Notes: generated by a model from the sequence alone, not told the origin. Shown: positions 18,373 to 26,126, counted from the stretch's first letter. The stretch is DNA of 32,000 nt from Candidatus Omnitrophota bacterium (GCA_042570265.1 JBHPGU010000013.1:20435-52434), one strand, 5' to 3'. A program made the numbers and translations.

Positions 18373-19866
18373 ATGACCAGAAAAAGTGGTATTCTGCTGC
18401 ATATCAGTTCGTTGCCGTCAGCTTATGGTATTGGTGATTTAGGTCCTCAGGCGTATAAATTTGTGGATCTTTTAGTTCAGGCAAAACAAAGCTACTGGCA
18501 GATATTGCCTTTGAATCCTACTGATACAGCTTTTGGCAGTTCCCCATATCATAGTATTTGTGCTTTCGCAGGAAATCCCCTGTTGATTAGTCCACAAGAG
18601 TTACATAAGCATGGCTTGTTGGATGAGTCCGATATGGGTTCTGCGCCAAAATCCTCAGACGATAGAGTTGATTTTCAACAAGTCGCGGCATGTAAGATGA
18701 AGCTACTCAATGCCGCATACGAAAATTTTAAGAATAAGGGCGATAAGGGTGAATATAAAAAATTCTGCCAAGAAAATGAATATTGGCTTGATGATTTTGC
18801 AACTTTTGTAGCCTGCAAAAATCATTTTAAAGGCGCGATATGGGTTGATTGGCCAAAAGATATTCGCGACAGAAAAGATAAAGCAATGTGCGCGATAAAG
18901 GAGAGGCTCATCCCGCGAATTGATTTTGAGAAGTTCCTGCAATTTATCTTTATGCGGCAGTGGAATTCACTTAAGTCTTACTGCAATGAAAAAGGAGTCC
19001 GGGTAATCGGTGATATGCCTATCTATGTTGAGCACGATGGCGTAGATTGCTGGGTAAATCCGCGAATATTTAAATTAGACAAAAATAGAAGGCCGTTTGC
19101 CTTGTCAGGCGTACCCCCGGATTATTTTAGTCAGACCGGACAGCTTTGGGGTAATCCTGTTTATAACTGGGATGTCCTAAAACAAACGAAATACGAGTGG
19201 TGGATCAACAGGTTAAAACATAATTTCAGGTTATTTGATTTAACCAGAATAGACCACTTTAGGGGCCTGGTTGCTTATTGGGAGGTTCCCGCGGGAGAAA
19301 AGACCGCTATCAAAGGCGAATGGATTCCTGTGCCTATAGATGATTTCTTTAGTGAGCTTTACAAGAATTTCCCTAATCCACCGGTCATAGCTGAAGATTT
19401 GGGAATTATAACTGATGAGGTAAAAGAAGCAATGGCCCGTTATAATCTAATGGGCATGAAGGTGCTATTGTTTGCATTTGGAGGCGATATATTCGAGAAT
19501 CCTTACATTCCTGAAAACATAGTGGAAAATTCTATTGTCTATACAGGCACGCATGATAATAATACCGCTAAAGGGTGGCTTGAGCACGATGCCACGGAGG
19601 AAGAGAAGGCTAATTTGTTTGGTTATTTGGAGAGGGAGGTCTCTAGTGAGGAGATACATGAGGTGCTTGTACAGATAGCTATGATGTCTATATCTGATAT
19701 AGCGATTACACCTTTCCAGGACCTTATAGGCTTAGGAAGGGAAGGGCGTATGAATATCCCTTCTACGAACAAAGGAAATTGGTCTTGGCGCGCCACTTCT
19801 GCTAATGTAGCCTCTTTGGATGTCCACAAATTAAGAAAATTGACTGAAGTCAGCGGTAGGGATTAA
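18373..19866 (+). CDS. malQ: 4-alpha-glucanotransferase (amylomaltase, GH77)
   Basis: 497 aa. Contains SGILLHISSLPSAYGIGDLG at the N-terminus, IDHFRG, GDMPIYV and YTGTHDN motifs. Confidence 0.9.
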   Translation: MTRKSGILLHISSLPSAYGIGDLGPQAYKFVDLLVQAKQSYWQILPLNPTDTAFGSSPYHSICAFAGNPLLISPQELHKHGLLDESDMGSAPKSSDDRVDFQQVAACKMKLLNAAYENFKNKGDKGEYKKFCQENEYWLDDFATFVACKNHFKGAIWVDWPKDIRDRKDKAMCAIKERLIPRIDFEKFLQFIFMRQWNSLKSYCNEKGVRVIGDMPIYVEHDGVDCWVNPRIFKLDKNRRPFALSGVPPDYFSQTGQLWGNPVYNWDVLKQTKYEWWINRLKHNFRLFDLTRIDHFRGLVAYWEVPAGEKTAIKGEWIPVPIDDFFSELYKNFPNPPVIAEDLGIITDEVKEAMARYNLMGMKVLLFAFGGDIFENPYIPENIVENSIVYTGTHDNNTAKGWLEHDATEEEKANLFGYLEREVSSEEIHEVLVQIAMMSISDIAITPFQDLIGLGREGRMNIPSTNKGNWSWRATSANVASLDVHKLRKLTEVSGRD

Positions 19867-19902
19867 TATCATAACCTATTGATTCGCATAGAGATAAAAA
19901 AC

Positions 19903-19928
19903 GAGCGGGGCCGCTTAAAACCCCGCTC
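19903..19928. terminator. GC-rich hairpin after malQ; the U-tract lies on the minus-strand side
   Basis: Stem GAGCGGGG/CCCCGCTC (8 bp, 10-nt loop). It is preceded by AAAAAAC on the plus strand, which reads as GTTTTTT after the stem on the minus strand. There is no T-run after it on the plus strand. Confidence 0.35.
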
Positions 19929-20011
19929 TCGCGTAAATGGGTAAACGCTTAATGCTTCTAATAAAGCTTAACATATTAATCCGGTATTTTCAAGGTAGGT
20001 AGGTTATTTTA

Positions 20012-20716
20012 ATGAAAAAAGCACTTATTTTAGCTATTTTTGGGTTATTTTTCTGCACTTTTGATGCTTTTGCCTTTGACTACCCTAAGGCAAAAGAAGC
20101 GATGATAAGCGAACAAATTGTCGCTCGTGGCATAGAGGATCCTAAGGTGCTTTCGGCTATGCGCAAGGTTGATCGCCACTTATTCGTCCCCGTTTTATTT
20201 AGAGGACAATCATATAGAGATGGCCCTCTGCCCATTGGCCATAACCAAACTATTTCCCAGCCCTATATAGTCGCTTTTATGACCGAGGCTTTAGAATTAG
20301 GTCCAGGCGATGTTGTTTTAGAGATTGGCACAGGCTCTGGTTATCAGGCCGCGATATTAGCGGAAATCGCAAAACAAGTCTACACTATAGAGATTTTAAA
20401 GCCCTTAGCTGATGAGTCAAGAGAGAGGCTAAGCGGATTAGGTTATACGAACATCCAGGTTAAACATGGTGATGGATATCTGGGTTGGCCGGAGTTTGCA
20501 CCTTTTGATAAAATTATCGTTACCGCTGCGCCCGATGAGATTCCTGTAGAGTTGATAAATCAGTTAAGAGTTGGCGGCAAAATGATTATTCCCGTAGGGT
20601 CTTTTTTACAAGAATTGTATTTAATTACAAAGACTGAAGATGGATTTACTAAAAAAGCAATCTTACCTGTGCGCTTCGTGCCTATGGTTAAAGGAGAGGA
20701 CTTAGGTAATGAGTAA
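20012..20716 (+). CDS. pcm: Protein-L-isoaspartate O-methyltransferase with an N-terminal signal peptide
   Basis: 234 aa. SAM motif LEIGTGSGYQAA, QTISQPYIVA and VTAA blocks. The N-terminal MKKALILAIFGLFFCTFDAFA looks like a cleavable signal peptide. Confidence 0.9.
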   Translation: MKKALILAIFGLFFCTFDAFAFDYPKAKEAMISEQIVARGIEDPKVLSAMRKVDRHLFVPVLFRGQSYRDGPLPIGHNQTISQPYIVAFMTEALELGPGDVVLEIGTGSGYQAAILAEIAKQVYTIEILKPLADESRERLSGLGYTNIQVKHGDGYLGWPEFAPFDKIIVTAAPDEIPVELINQLRVGGKMIIPVGSFLQELYLITKTEDGFTKKAILPVRFVPMVKGEDLGNE

Positions 20717-21194
20717 AAGAACAATCATATTTATAATCATAATTCTTATTATTTTTTTCATAGTTAAAATTTTACCAATGCTTGGCTCTGAGGAAGAGAA
20801 GATAAAAAAGATCATTTATGCGGCTAAGACTGCCACGGAAGAAGAAAAATTATTAAAGTGCATGTCTTACATATCTATGGATTACGATGATAAGCATGGC
20901 AACAGACGAGGAAATTTATTTATTATAGGCCAGAATGTCTTTAAAACATATGATGACATATTAATCTTAATAGAGGATTTAGGCATCAATGTAGAAGATA
21001 GCACGAGCGCCAAAGCGCATATAGTCGTTTCAGGCCAAGGCAGGAGATCCGGAGAAGAAAAATTGAGATATTTGTGGGATACTGAAAAAGTGGAGCTTAA
21101 TGTGGACTTTAAAAAGGAAGGTAATGATTGGAAAGTAGCTAAATTAGATTTTATTGAACCAGAAGATTTCATGAATTTCCTAAAAGGATTGTAG
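20709..21194 (+). CDS. Hypothetical N-terminally membrane-anchored protein
   Basis: 161 aa. One N-terminal TM (IIFIIIILIIFFIVKILPML). The ATG overlaps the pcm stop (ATGAGTAA), implying translational coupling. I recognise no motif. Confidence 0.6.
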   Translation: MSKRTIIFIIIILIIFFIVKILPMLGSEEEKIKKIIYAAKTATEEEKLLKCMSYISMDYDDKHGNRRGNLFIIGQNVFKTYDDILILIEDLGINVEDSTSAKAHIVVSGQGRRSGEEKLRYLWDTEKVELNVDFKKEGNDWKVAKLDFIEPEDFMNFLKGL

Positions 21195-21200
21195 TTAGAT

Positions 21201-21457
21201 ATGGAGAAGGTCGATATTACGATTATCGGAGCAGGCGTAGTTGGTTTAGCCATAGCCCAGAGGCTGTCTAATAAAGATAGAGATATCTTTGTAATTGAAA
21301 AAGAGAATTCTTTTGGCCAGGGAGCAAGTTCAAGGAAGAGAGCGGCAAGGGCTTCTCTGGATTCATAAACCTGATTGGTATTGAATCGCCTGGATTAACC
21401 GCTGCCCTGTCAATCGCTAAATATGTTGAAAATCTATTAAAAATTTGCAACAATTAG
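21201..21457 (+). pseudogene. Remnant of an FAD-dependent oxidoreductase (LhgO/GlpA-like): N- and C-terminal ends only, frame-broken
   Basis: 21201-21365 encodes MEKVDITIIGAGVVGLAIAQRLS...VIEKENSFGQGASSR (a dinucleotide-binding GxGxxG fold) and then reaches a stop at 21366. From 21368, in another frame, it reads NLIGIESPGLTAALSIAKYVENLL, the typical C-terminal block of the same family. About 300 aa of the middle are missing. Confidence 0.7.
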
Positions 21458-21478
21458 TAGGAAGCAAATTTAGATAAA

Positions 21479-21805
21479 ATGCAGATTCATCGCAAAGACT
21501 TAAAAATAAAATACTTTAAGAGCAGCGGTCCCGGAGGCCAGCACAAAAATAAGAGGTTTACGGCGGTAAAGATCATACATGCCCCTACGGGTATATCGGC
21601 TGTGGCTACTGAACAGCGTTCACAGGCACAAAATAGGGAAGTGGCCCTAGAGCGCCTGAAGGCAAAAATAGAAAAATTATTCAGGAAGAAGAAGAAAAGG
21701 ATCCCGGTAAAATTACCTTATTCTATAAAGGAAAAAATCCTTGAATCCAAGAGAAGACGGAGTAGAATAAAGACTTTGAGGCGTAGGGTCAAAGAAGAGG
21801 AGTAG
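21479..21805 (+). CDS. arfB: ArfB-like peptidyl-tRNA hydrolase (class I release factor GGQ domain plus basic tail)
   Basis: 108 aa. Contains SSGPGGQHKNKRFTAVKIIHAPTGI with the GGQ motif, QRSQAQNRE, and a Lys/Arg-rich C-terminal tail. Confidence 0.75.
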   Translation: MQIHRKDLKIKYFKSSGPGGQHKNKRFTAVKIIHAPTGISAVATEQRSQAQNREVALERLKAKIEKLFRKKKKRIPVKLPYSIKEKILESKRRRSRIKTLRRRVKEEE

Positions 21806-21814
21806 TAGAAAATC

Positions 21815-22225
21815 ATGTTTTTTTATCTGGTATTGTTATTTACAGTCGTTCCTATAGTTGAGCTCTATTTTTTGATTAGAGTAGGACAATATTTGGGCGC
21901 ATTTAACGCAGTGGCGATTGTGATATTTACCGGGATCTTTGGAGCCTTTCTAGCTAGGATGGAGGGCTTGAGGGTTTTATATAACGTTCAAAAGGACTTA
22001 CAGGATGGCAAGATGCCAACCAGTCAACTCCTGGATGGCTTGATGATTTTAGTCGGTGCTGTGCTTTTGATTACTCCGGGATTGCTTACAGACGCAGTTG
22101 GTTTTTTACTCGTTATCCCTCAGAGCCGCGCTTTTCTAAAAGTCTGGGTAAAACAATACCTGCAAAAGATTATCGAAAAAAAAGATGGCGTGATTACGGT
22201 AGAAGGTTATAGTGAGGATGAATAG
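21815..22225 (+). CDS. fxsA: FxsA family membrane protein
   Basis: 136 aa. Contains VPIVELYFLIRVG and LLITPGLLTDAVGFLLVIP, the diagnostic FxsA blocks. Confidence 0.8.
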   Translation: MFFYLVLLFTVVPIVELYFLIRVGQYLGAFNAVAIVIFTGIFGAFLARMEGLRVLYNVQKDLQDGKMPTSQLLDGLMILVGAVLLITPGLLTDAVGFLLVIPQSRAFLKVWVKQYLQKIIEKKDGVITVEGYSEDE

Positions 22226-22323
22226 AAAGGTTAGGTTATAGATTTGAACTTGCCTGTCCTGGTCGTCATTTCACTGACAGGTTAGGGGCCCAGCACTTAT
22301 TGAAAAGCTATAATCTGTAATTC

Positions 22324-22352
22324 TTGACAATAAAAGAGCTGTGTTGTAATAT
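22324..22352 (+). promoter_or_regulatory. Near-consensus sigma70-type promoter (TTGACA-17 nt-TAATAT) for the mscS-like gene
   Basis: TTGACA at 22324-22329 and TAATAT at 22347-22352. Paralogous to the promoter at 25240-25268. Confidence 0.55.
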
Positions 22353-22451
22353 ACTTATCGATGTAGAGTTGGGGGAATGTGTTCAATAGGCTTCCACCTT
22401 CTCCGCCCCAGACTTTTTAAATTAAAAAAGGCAGAAATAGGAGGATAGAAG

Positions 22452-23501
22452 ATGTTTCAGGATATTATAGAAAGTGTCTATTTAGGAAACCGTATTGTTG
22501 ATTATCTGATATTTGTTGGCCTATTTTTAGCGGCTTTTTGCGTGATTAGGATTTTTCAGCATTTTATTATTAGGCGCTTAAAAAAATGGGCAGAAAAGAC
22601 TACTAACACCATTGATGATTTTCTTCTCAGGATTATTCAAAGACTGATTCTGCCTTTAGTCTATTTTGTCGCCTTCTATTTGAGTGTAAATACATTGAGT
22701 TTGCATCCCCTCTTAAAGAGGATCATTGATATTGTAGGGATGGCAATTCTTATGGTATTTGCAGCGCGCTTAGTCTTATTTCTTATGGGTTACGGATTTA
22801 ATCTTTATTTTAGTAAGAGAGGTAAAGACGTAACAGCGGATCGCAGTCTAACGGGAATTTTAGCAGTGCTCAGGATTGTTGTATGGTCCTTGGCGATTAT
22901 CCTGTTCTTAGACAACCTGGGATTCAAAATATCAGCTATTATTGCCGGCTTAGGCGTTGGAGGCATAGCTATAGCTTTAGCAGCTCAGGCAGTATTAGGA
23001 GACTTGTTTAGTTACTTTTCTATATTATTTGACCGTCCATTTGAAATTGGAGATTTTATCATATTAGACGAATATTTAGGTACGGTTGAGCATGTTGGAA
23101 TTAAGACTACGCGAATCCGCAGCCTTGGCGGAGAGCTAGTAATCCTTTCTAATACCGACCTTACCAGCTCCCGGGTGCGCAACTATAAAAGGATGGACAG
23201 TAGGAGGGTTGTTTTTAAGCTTGGCGTTACGTATCAGACTTCTCTGGAGCAGTTAAAAGTCATACCCGGGATAATTGAAAAGATTATCAAGGGTGTTGCG
23301 GATACAACCTTTGACCGCGCGCACTTTTTTTCCTATGGAGATTTTAGCTTGATATTTGAAGTTGTCTATTATGTTATGAGCAGGGATTATAATATATATA
23401 TGGATATTCAACAGGAGATTAATTTTGCCATCAAGAAGGAATTCGAAGCCAGGGACTTGGAGTTTGCTTATCCCACTCAAACATTATATTTGAATAAATA
23501 G
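22452..23501 (+). CDS. Mechanosensitive ion channel family protein (MscS-like, extended N-terminal TM region)
   Basis: 349 aa. Pore-helix region GLGVGGIAIALAAQAVLGDLFS followed by the beta-domain FEIGDFIILDEYLGTVEHVGIKTTRIRSLGGELVILSN. Confidence 0.85.
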   Translation: MFQDIIESVYLGNRIVDYLIFVGLFLAAFCVIRIFQHFIIRRLKKWAEKTTNTIDDFLLRIIQRLILPLVYFVAFYLSVNTLSLHPLLKRIIDIVGMAILMVFAARLVLFLMGYGFNLYFSKRGKDVTADRSLTGILAVLRIVVWSLAIILFLDNLGFKISAIIAGLGVGGIAIALAAQAVLGDLFSYFSILFDRPFEIGDFIILDEYLGTVEHVGIKTTRIRSLGGELVILSNTDLTSSRVRNYKRMDSRRVVFKLGVTYQTSLEQLKVIPGIIEKIIKGVADTTFDRAHFFSYGDFSLIFEVVYYVMSRDYNIYMDIQQEINFAIKKEFEARDLEFAYPTQTLYLNK

Positions 23502-23568
23502 CTAGCCCTTCGGAAACTAGAGAGGGATTTTTATAGATAATATCTTACTTAAATAAAAGGAGAAGATT

Positions 23569-24381
23569 ATGGAAGAGATAGTAGTAAAAATTCAAGGATA
23601 CGTAGCACAATACGGCTTGAGCCTTATCGCAGCTATACTTATTTTTCTTATTGGTAAGTGGCTGGCACGTTTTCTTTCCAGGCTAGTAGAAAAGCTTTTG
23701 CTAAAGACCCATGTGGAGAAAACGCTATCGACATTCGTTAAAAACATAGTCTATGCAGCTATGATGGTGTTTGTCGTCTTAGCAGCCTTAGGTAAATTAG
23801 GTATTCAGACGACTTCTTTCATCGCTGTGCTCGGTGCTGCTGGTTTGGCTGTGGGTTTAGCACTGCAAGGTTCATTGTCGAATTTTGCCTCAGGAGTTTT
23901 AATTCTGATTTTTAAGCCGTTTAAGATCGGTGATTTTATTATCGCCGGAGGGACAATGGGTTCAGTAGTAGAAATAGGTATTTTCACTACGATACTTAAT
24001 GCTCCAGACAACAGAAGAGAAATTGTACCTAATTCAAAGGTCACCGGAGATAATATAACGAATTTCAGCGCTATTGAAAATAGAAGGATTGATTTAGTGT
24101 TTGGGATCTCTTATACCGACGACATGAAGAAAGCAAAGGATGTTTTAATGCAGGTAGTAACTAGCGATTCGCGCGTTCTAAAGGAACCGGCGCCGGTAGT
24201 GGCTGTCTCTGAACTTGGTGATAGCAGTGTGAATCTCGTGTGTAGACCCTGGGTAAAACCAACTGACTATTGGGCTGTTTATTTTGCAACGGTAGAAAGG
24301 GGAAAGGAAGAATTGGAGAAGGCCGGAATTACCATCCCGTTTCCGCAGAGGGATGTTCATTTATACCAAGAGAAGAAGTAA
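23569..24381 (+). CDS. mscS: Small-conductance mechanosensitive channel (MscS family)
   Basis: 270 aa, three TM helices. Contains AVLGAAGLAVGLALQGSLSNFASGVLILIFKPFKIGDFI and EIVPNSKV, classical MscS blocks. Confidence 0.9.
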   Translation: MEEIVVKIQGYVAQYGLSLIAAILIFLIGKWLARFLSRLVEKLLLKTHVEKTLSTFVKNIVYAAMMVFVVLAALGKLGIQTTSFIAVLGAAGLAVGLALQGSLSNFASGVLILIFKPFKIGDFIIAGGTMGSVVEIGIFTTILNAPDNRREIVPNSKVTGDNITNFSAIENRRIDLVFGISYTDDMKKAKDVLMQVVTSDSRVLKEPAPVVAVSELGDSSVNLVCRPWVKPTDYWAVYFATVERGKEELEKAGITIPFPQRDVHLYQEKK

Positions 24382-24398
24382 AAAAAAGAGAGGTCACA

Positions 24399-24965
24399 AT
24401 GAAGAGATTAAGTTTTGTTTTAGTTGTTGTTTTGAGTTTTGGTTTTGTCACAACATGTTTTGCCATGAGTAATCTCGATACTCAAGAAGCAGAAACTATT
24501 CCAGAAGTTGTCCAAGAGGCCGAAAAAGCAGTCGTTGAGGCGTATAGTGCCCCAGTAGACGTAGATGAGGTTGAAGACTCAATGAAAGTGGATGTTGAGG
24601 CTGTCCAGGAACTCGTCGTTGAGCCAGAAGTCGTGGTGGAACCGGAAGTTGTCGTAGAGCCGGAAGTCGTTGAAGATCTCAGCGTACTTGAGGGATTGGG
24701 AATTATTGATCAGTTCAAAGCGTTAGCTACTACTGCAGAGAAGGCTAGTTTACTGTTAACTCAAGCTAATGAGCTCTACAATTCAGAGCAGTTTCAGAAA
24801 GCTGTCGATGCAGCACAATACGTATTGCAATATCTGGATGCAGATTCACAAGAGGCGAAAGATTTACTCACTAAGGCAAAAGATGCATTAGTTACAGCAA
24901 CTTCGGATAAACTCGAAGAGGCCAAAACAGGCATTGGAGAGAAGCTAGGAATTTTAGGGGAGTAA
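24399..24965 (+). CDS. Secreted acidic repeat protein, paralog family member P1 (function unknown)
   Basis: The ATG at 24399 follows GAGAGG and begins with a signal peptide, MKRLSFVLVVVLSFGFVTTCFA. The longer ORF-track start at 24270 lies inside mscS. The C-terminal ~60 aa (TTAEKASLLL...AQYVLQYLDADSQEAKDLLTKAKDALV) are shared with 26146-26571 and 27002-27370. Confidence 0.7.
   Translation: MKRLSFVLVVVLSFGFVTTCFAMSNLDTQEAETIPEVVQEAEKAVVEAYSAPVDVDEVEDSMKVDVEAVQELVVEPEVVVEPEVVVEPEVVEDLSVLEGLGIIDQFKALATTAEKASLLLTQANELYNSEQFQKAVDAAQYVLQYLDADSQEAKDLLTKAKDALVTATSDKLEEAKTGIGEKLGILGE
24615..24668 (+). repeat. 18-bp in-frame tandem repeat x3 (VVEPEV) inside P1
   Basis: The three units are gtcgttgagccagaagtc, gtggtggaaccggaagtt and gtcgtagagccggaagtc. 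Confidence 0.85.
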
Positions 24966-25034
24966 AATCAAATACAAGCATTAAGTGTTTTTGGTGGTTT
25001 TTTAGTGGTGAAACAGGCATTCTGGGCACGAAAA

Positions 25035-25068
25035 GGAGGAAGTTTCTTCCTTTCTGAATTAATTTTTT
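25035..25068 (+). terminator. Possible rho-independent terminator after P1
   Basis: Stem GGAGGAAG/CTTCCTTT (includes 2 G-U pairs), loop TTT, and a T-run TTTTTT about 10 nt downstream. Confidence 0.35.
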
Positions 25069-25239
25069 CCATCCATGACTTGTTGCTTACTAAATAGTTG
25101 AAACTTCAACAAAAAATATATTCCATTCAGTATTAAATTGTGCGCCCTGAAATTCTTTCAGATTCCACGGGGCCCATCTAAAGAGAAACTTCATCATAAC
25201 GCAGGAAAGAATTGTAAGACGTATAGAATCCTTAATTCC

Positions 25240-25268
25240 TTGACATTGTAATAGTTAAGTTGTAATCT
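25240..25268 (+). promoter_or_regulatory. Sigma70-type promoter (TTGACA-17 nt-TAATCT) for the HAD/beta-PGM-like gene
   Basis: TTGACA at 25240-25245 and TAATCT at 25263-25268. The sequence from the spacer through ~+35 resembles the 22324 promoter region. Confidence 0.55.
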
Positions 25269-25303
25269 ATTATTTGATGGAGAGTTAGGGATTGTGTTTA
25301 AAC

Positions 25304-25333
25304 GGATGCCGAATAATGTGTTTCGGCACCGCC
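25304..25333 (+). repeat. Dispersed copy of the ssrA-proximal hairpin module (GGATGCCGAA box)
   Basis: Compare GGATGCCGAATAATGTGTTTCGGCACCGCC here with GGATGCCGAACTAATGTAGTTCGGCGCCTAACC at 10718-10750. The stem is TGCCGAA/TTCGGCA. Confidence 0.6.
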
Positions 25334-25370
25334 AGAATTTGGCAGGAAACAAGAAATAAATAACAATTCT

Positions 25371-26126
25371 ATGACTGACTTGAGTAAGTTGATTACAAAA
25401 GAAAAATTTGATGCGATTCTCTTTGATATGGACGGAGTCTTGACAGCGACCGCAAAGGTCCATGCAGCCTGCTGGAAGAAGATGTTCGATGAGTTTTTGA
25501 AGAAACATTCCGCGGAAAACAACAAGCCTTTTGTGCCTTTTGATAAAGATGCAGACTATAAGTTTTATGTGGATGGAAAGCCAAGATATGATGGAGTCCG
25601 TAGCTTCTTAAAGTCGAGAGATATCACTCTTCCCGAAGGCACTCCGGAATCACCACCCGATAGCGTAACTATTTGCGGATTAGGGAATCGAAAGAATGCC
25701 CTGATTAATGAAGTTTTAGAGTCCGATGGGGTGGAAGTTTATCCGGGTTCGCTTAAGTTTATCAAATATGTACGCGACTTAAAGATTAGGACTGCTGTAG
25801 TTAGTTCCAGCAAGAATTGTCAAGCCATTATTAGGGCGGGAAAGATTGAGGATTTTTTTGAAACTCGTGTTGACGGAGTAGTATCTAGCCAGTTAAAACT
25901 TACCGGTAAGCCTGCACCTGATATATTTATTCAAGCCGCTAAGAATCTGGGTGTCGAGCCTAAGCGTGCCGTAGTTGTTGAAGATGCGATTTCAGGTGTC
26001 CAGGCCGGTAGAAACGGTAAATTCGGCTTAGTAGTAGGCGTTAACCGTGAAGGAGATCCGCAGGTTTTGCTTGATAATGGAGCAGATGTCGTGGTTAACG
26101 ATTTAGCAGAGTTGCTGCCGCAATAG
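25371..26126 (+). CDS. HAD superfamily hydrolase, beta-phosphoglucomutase-like
   Basis: 251 aa. HAD motif I is FDMDGVL, motif II is VVSSS, motif III is K(PAPD), and motif IV is VEDAISGVQAG. A long cap insertion between motifs I and II resembles beta-PGM family hydrolases. Confidence 0.8.
   Translation: MTDLSKLITKEKFDAILFDMDGVLTATAKVHAACWKKMFDEFLKKHSAENNKPFVPFDKDADYKFYVDGKPRYDGVRSFLKSRDITLPEGTPESPPDSVTICGLGNRKNALINEVLESDGVEVYPGSLKFIKYVRDLKIRTAVVSSSKNCQAIIRAGKIEDFFETRVDGVVSSQLKLTGKPAPDIFIQAAKNLGVEPKRAVVVEDAISGVQAGRNGKFGLVVGVNREGDPQVLLDNGADVVVNDLAELLPQ

Noticed and set aside
17372-18437. Plus-strand alternative-frame ORFs 17372-17599 and 18231-18437
   Set aside because: They lie inside or overlap treY and the malQ start in other frames. 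Their composition is atypical and no translation signals are present.
22226-22323. Hairpin CCTGTC...GACAGG after fxsA as a terminator
   Set aside because: The loop is long (17 nt), the stem is only 6 bp, and no T-tract follows. It is not convincing as an intrinsic terminator.
24270-24398. Longer form of the P1 ORF starting at 24270
   Set aside because: The extension lies entirely inside the mscS coding region in another frame, and its sequence has no signal-peptide or protein-like character. The internal ATG at 24399 has an RBS and is followed immediately by a signal peptide.
25194-25584. Minus-strand ORFs (104, 75 and 63 aa) over the HAD promoter and 5' end
   Set aside because: They overlap a well-supported plus-strand promoter, leader and HAD motif I region. 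They have no RBS and a Cys/Phe/Ser-rich nonsense-like composition.
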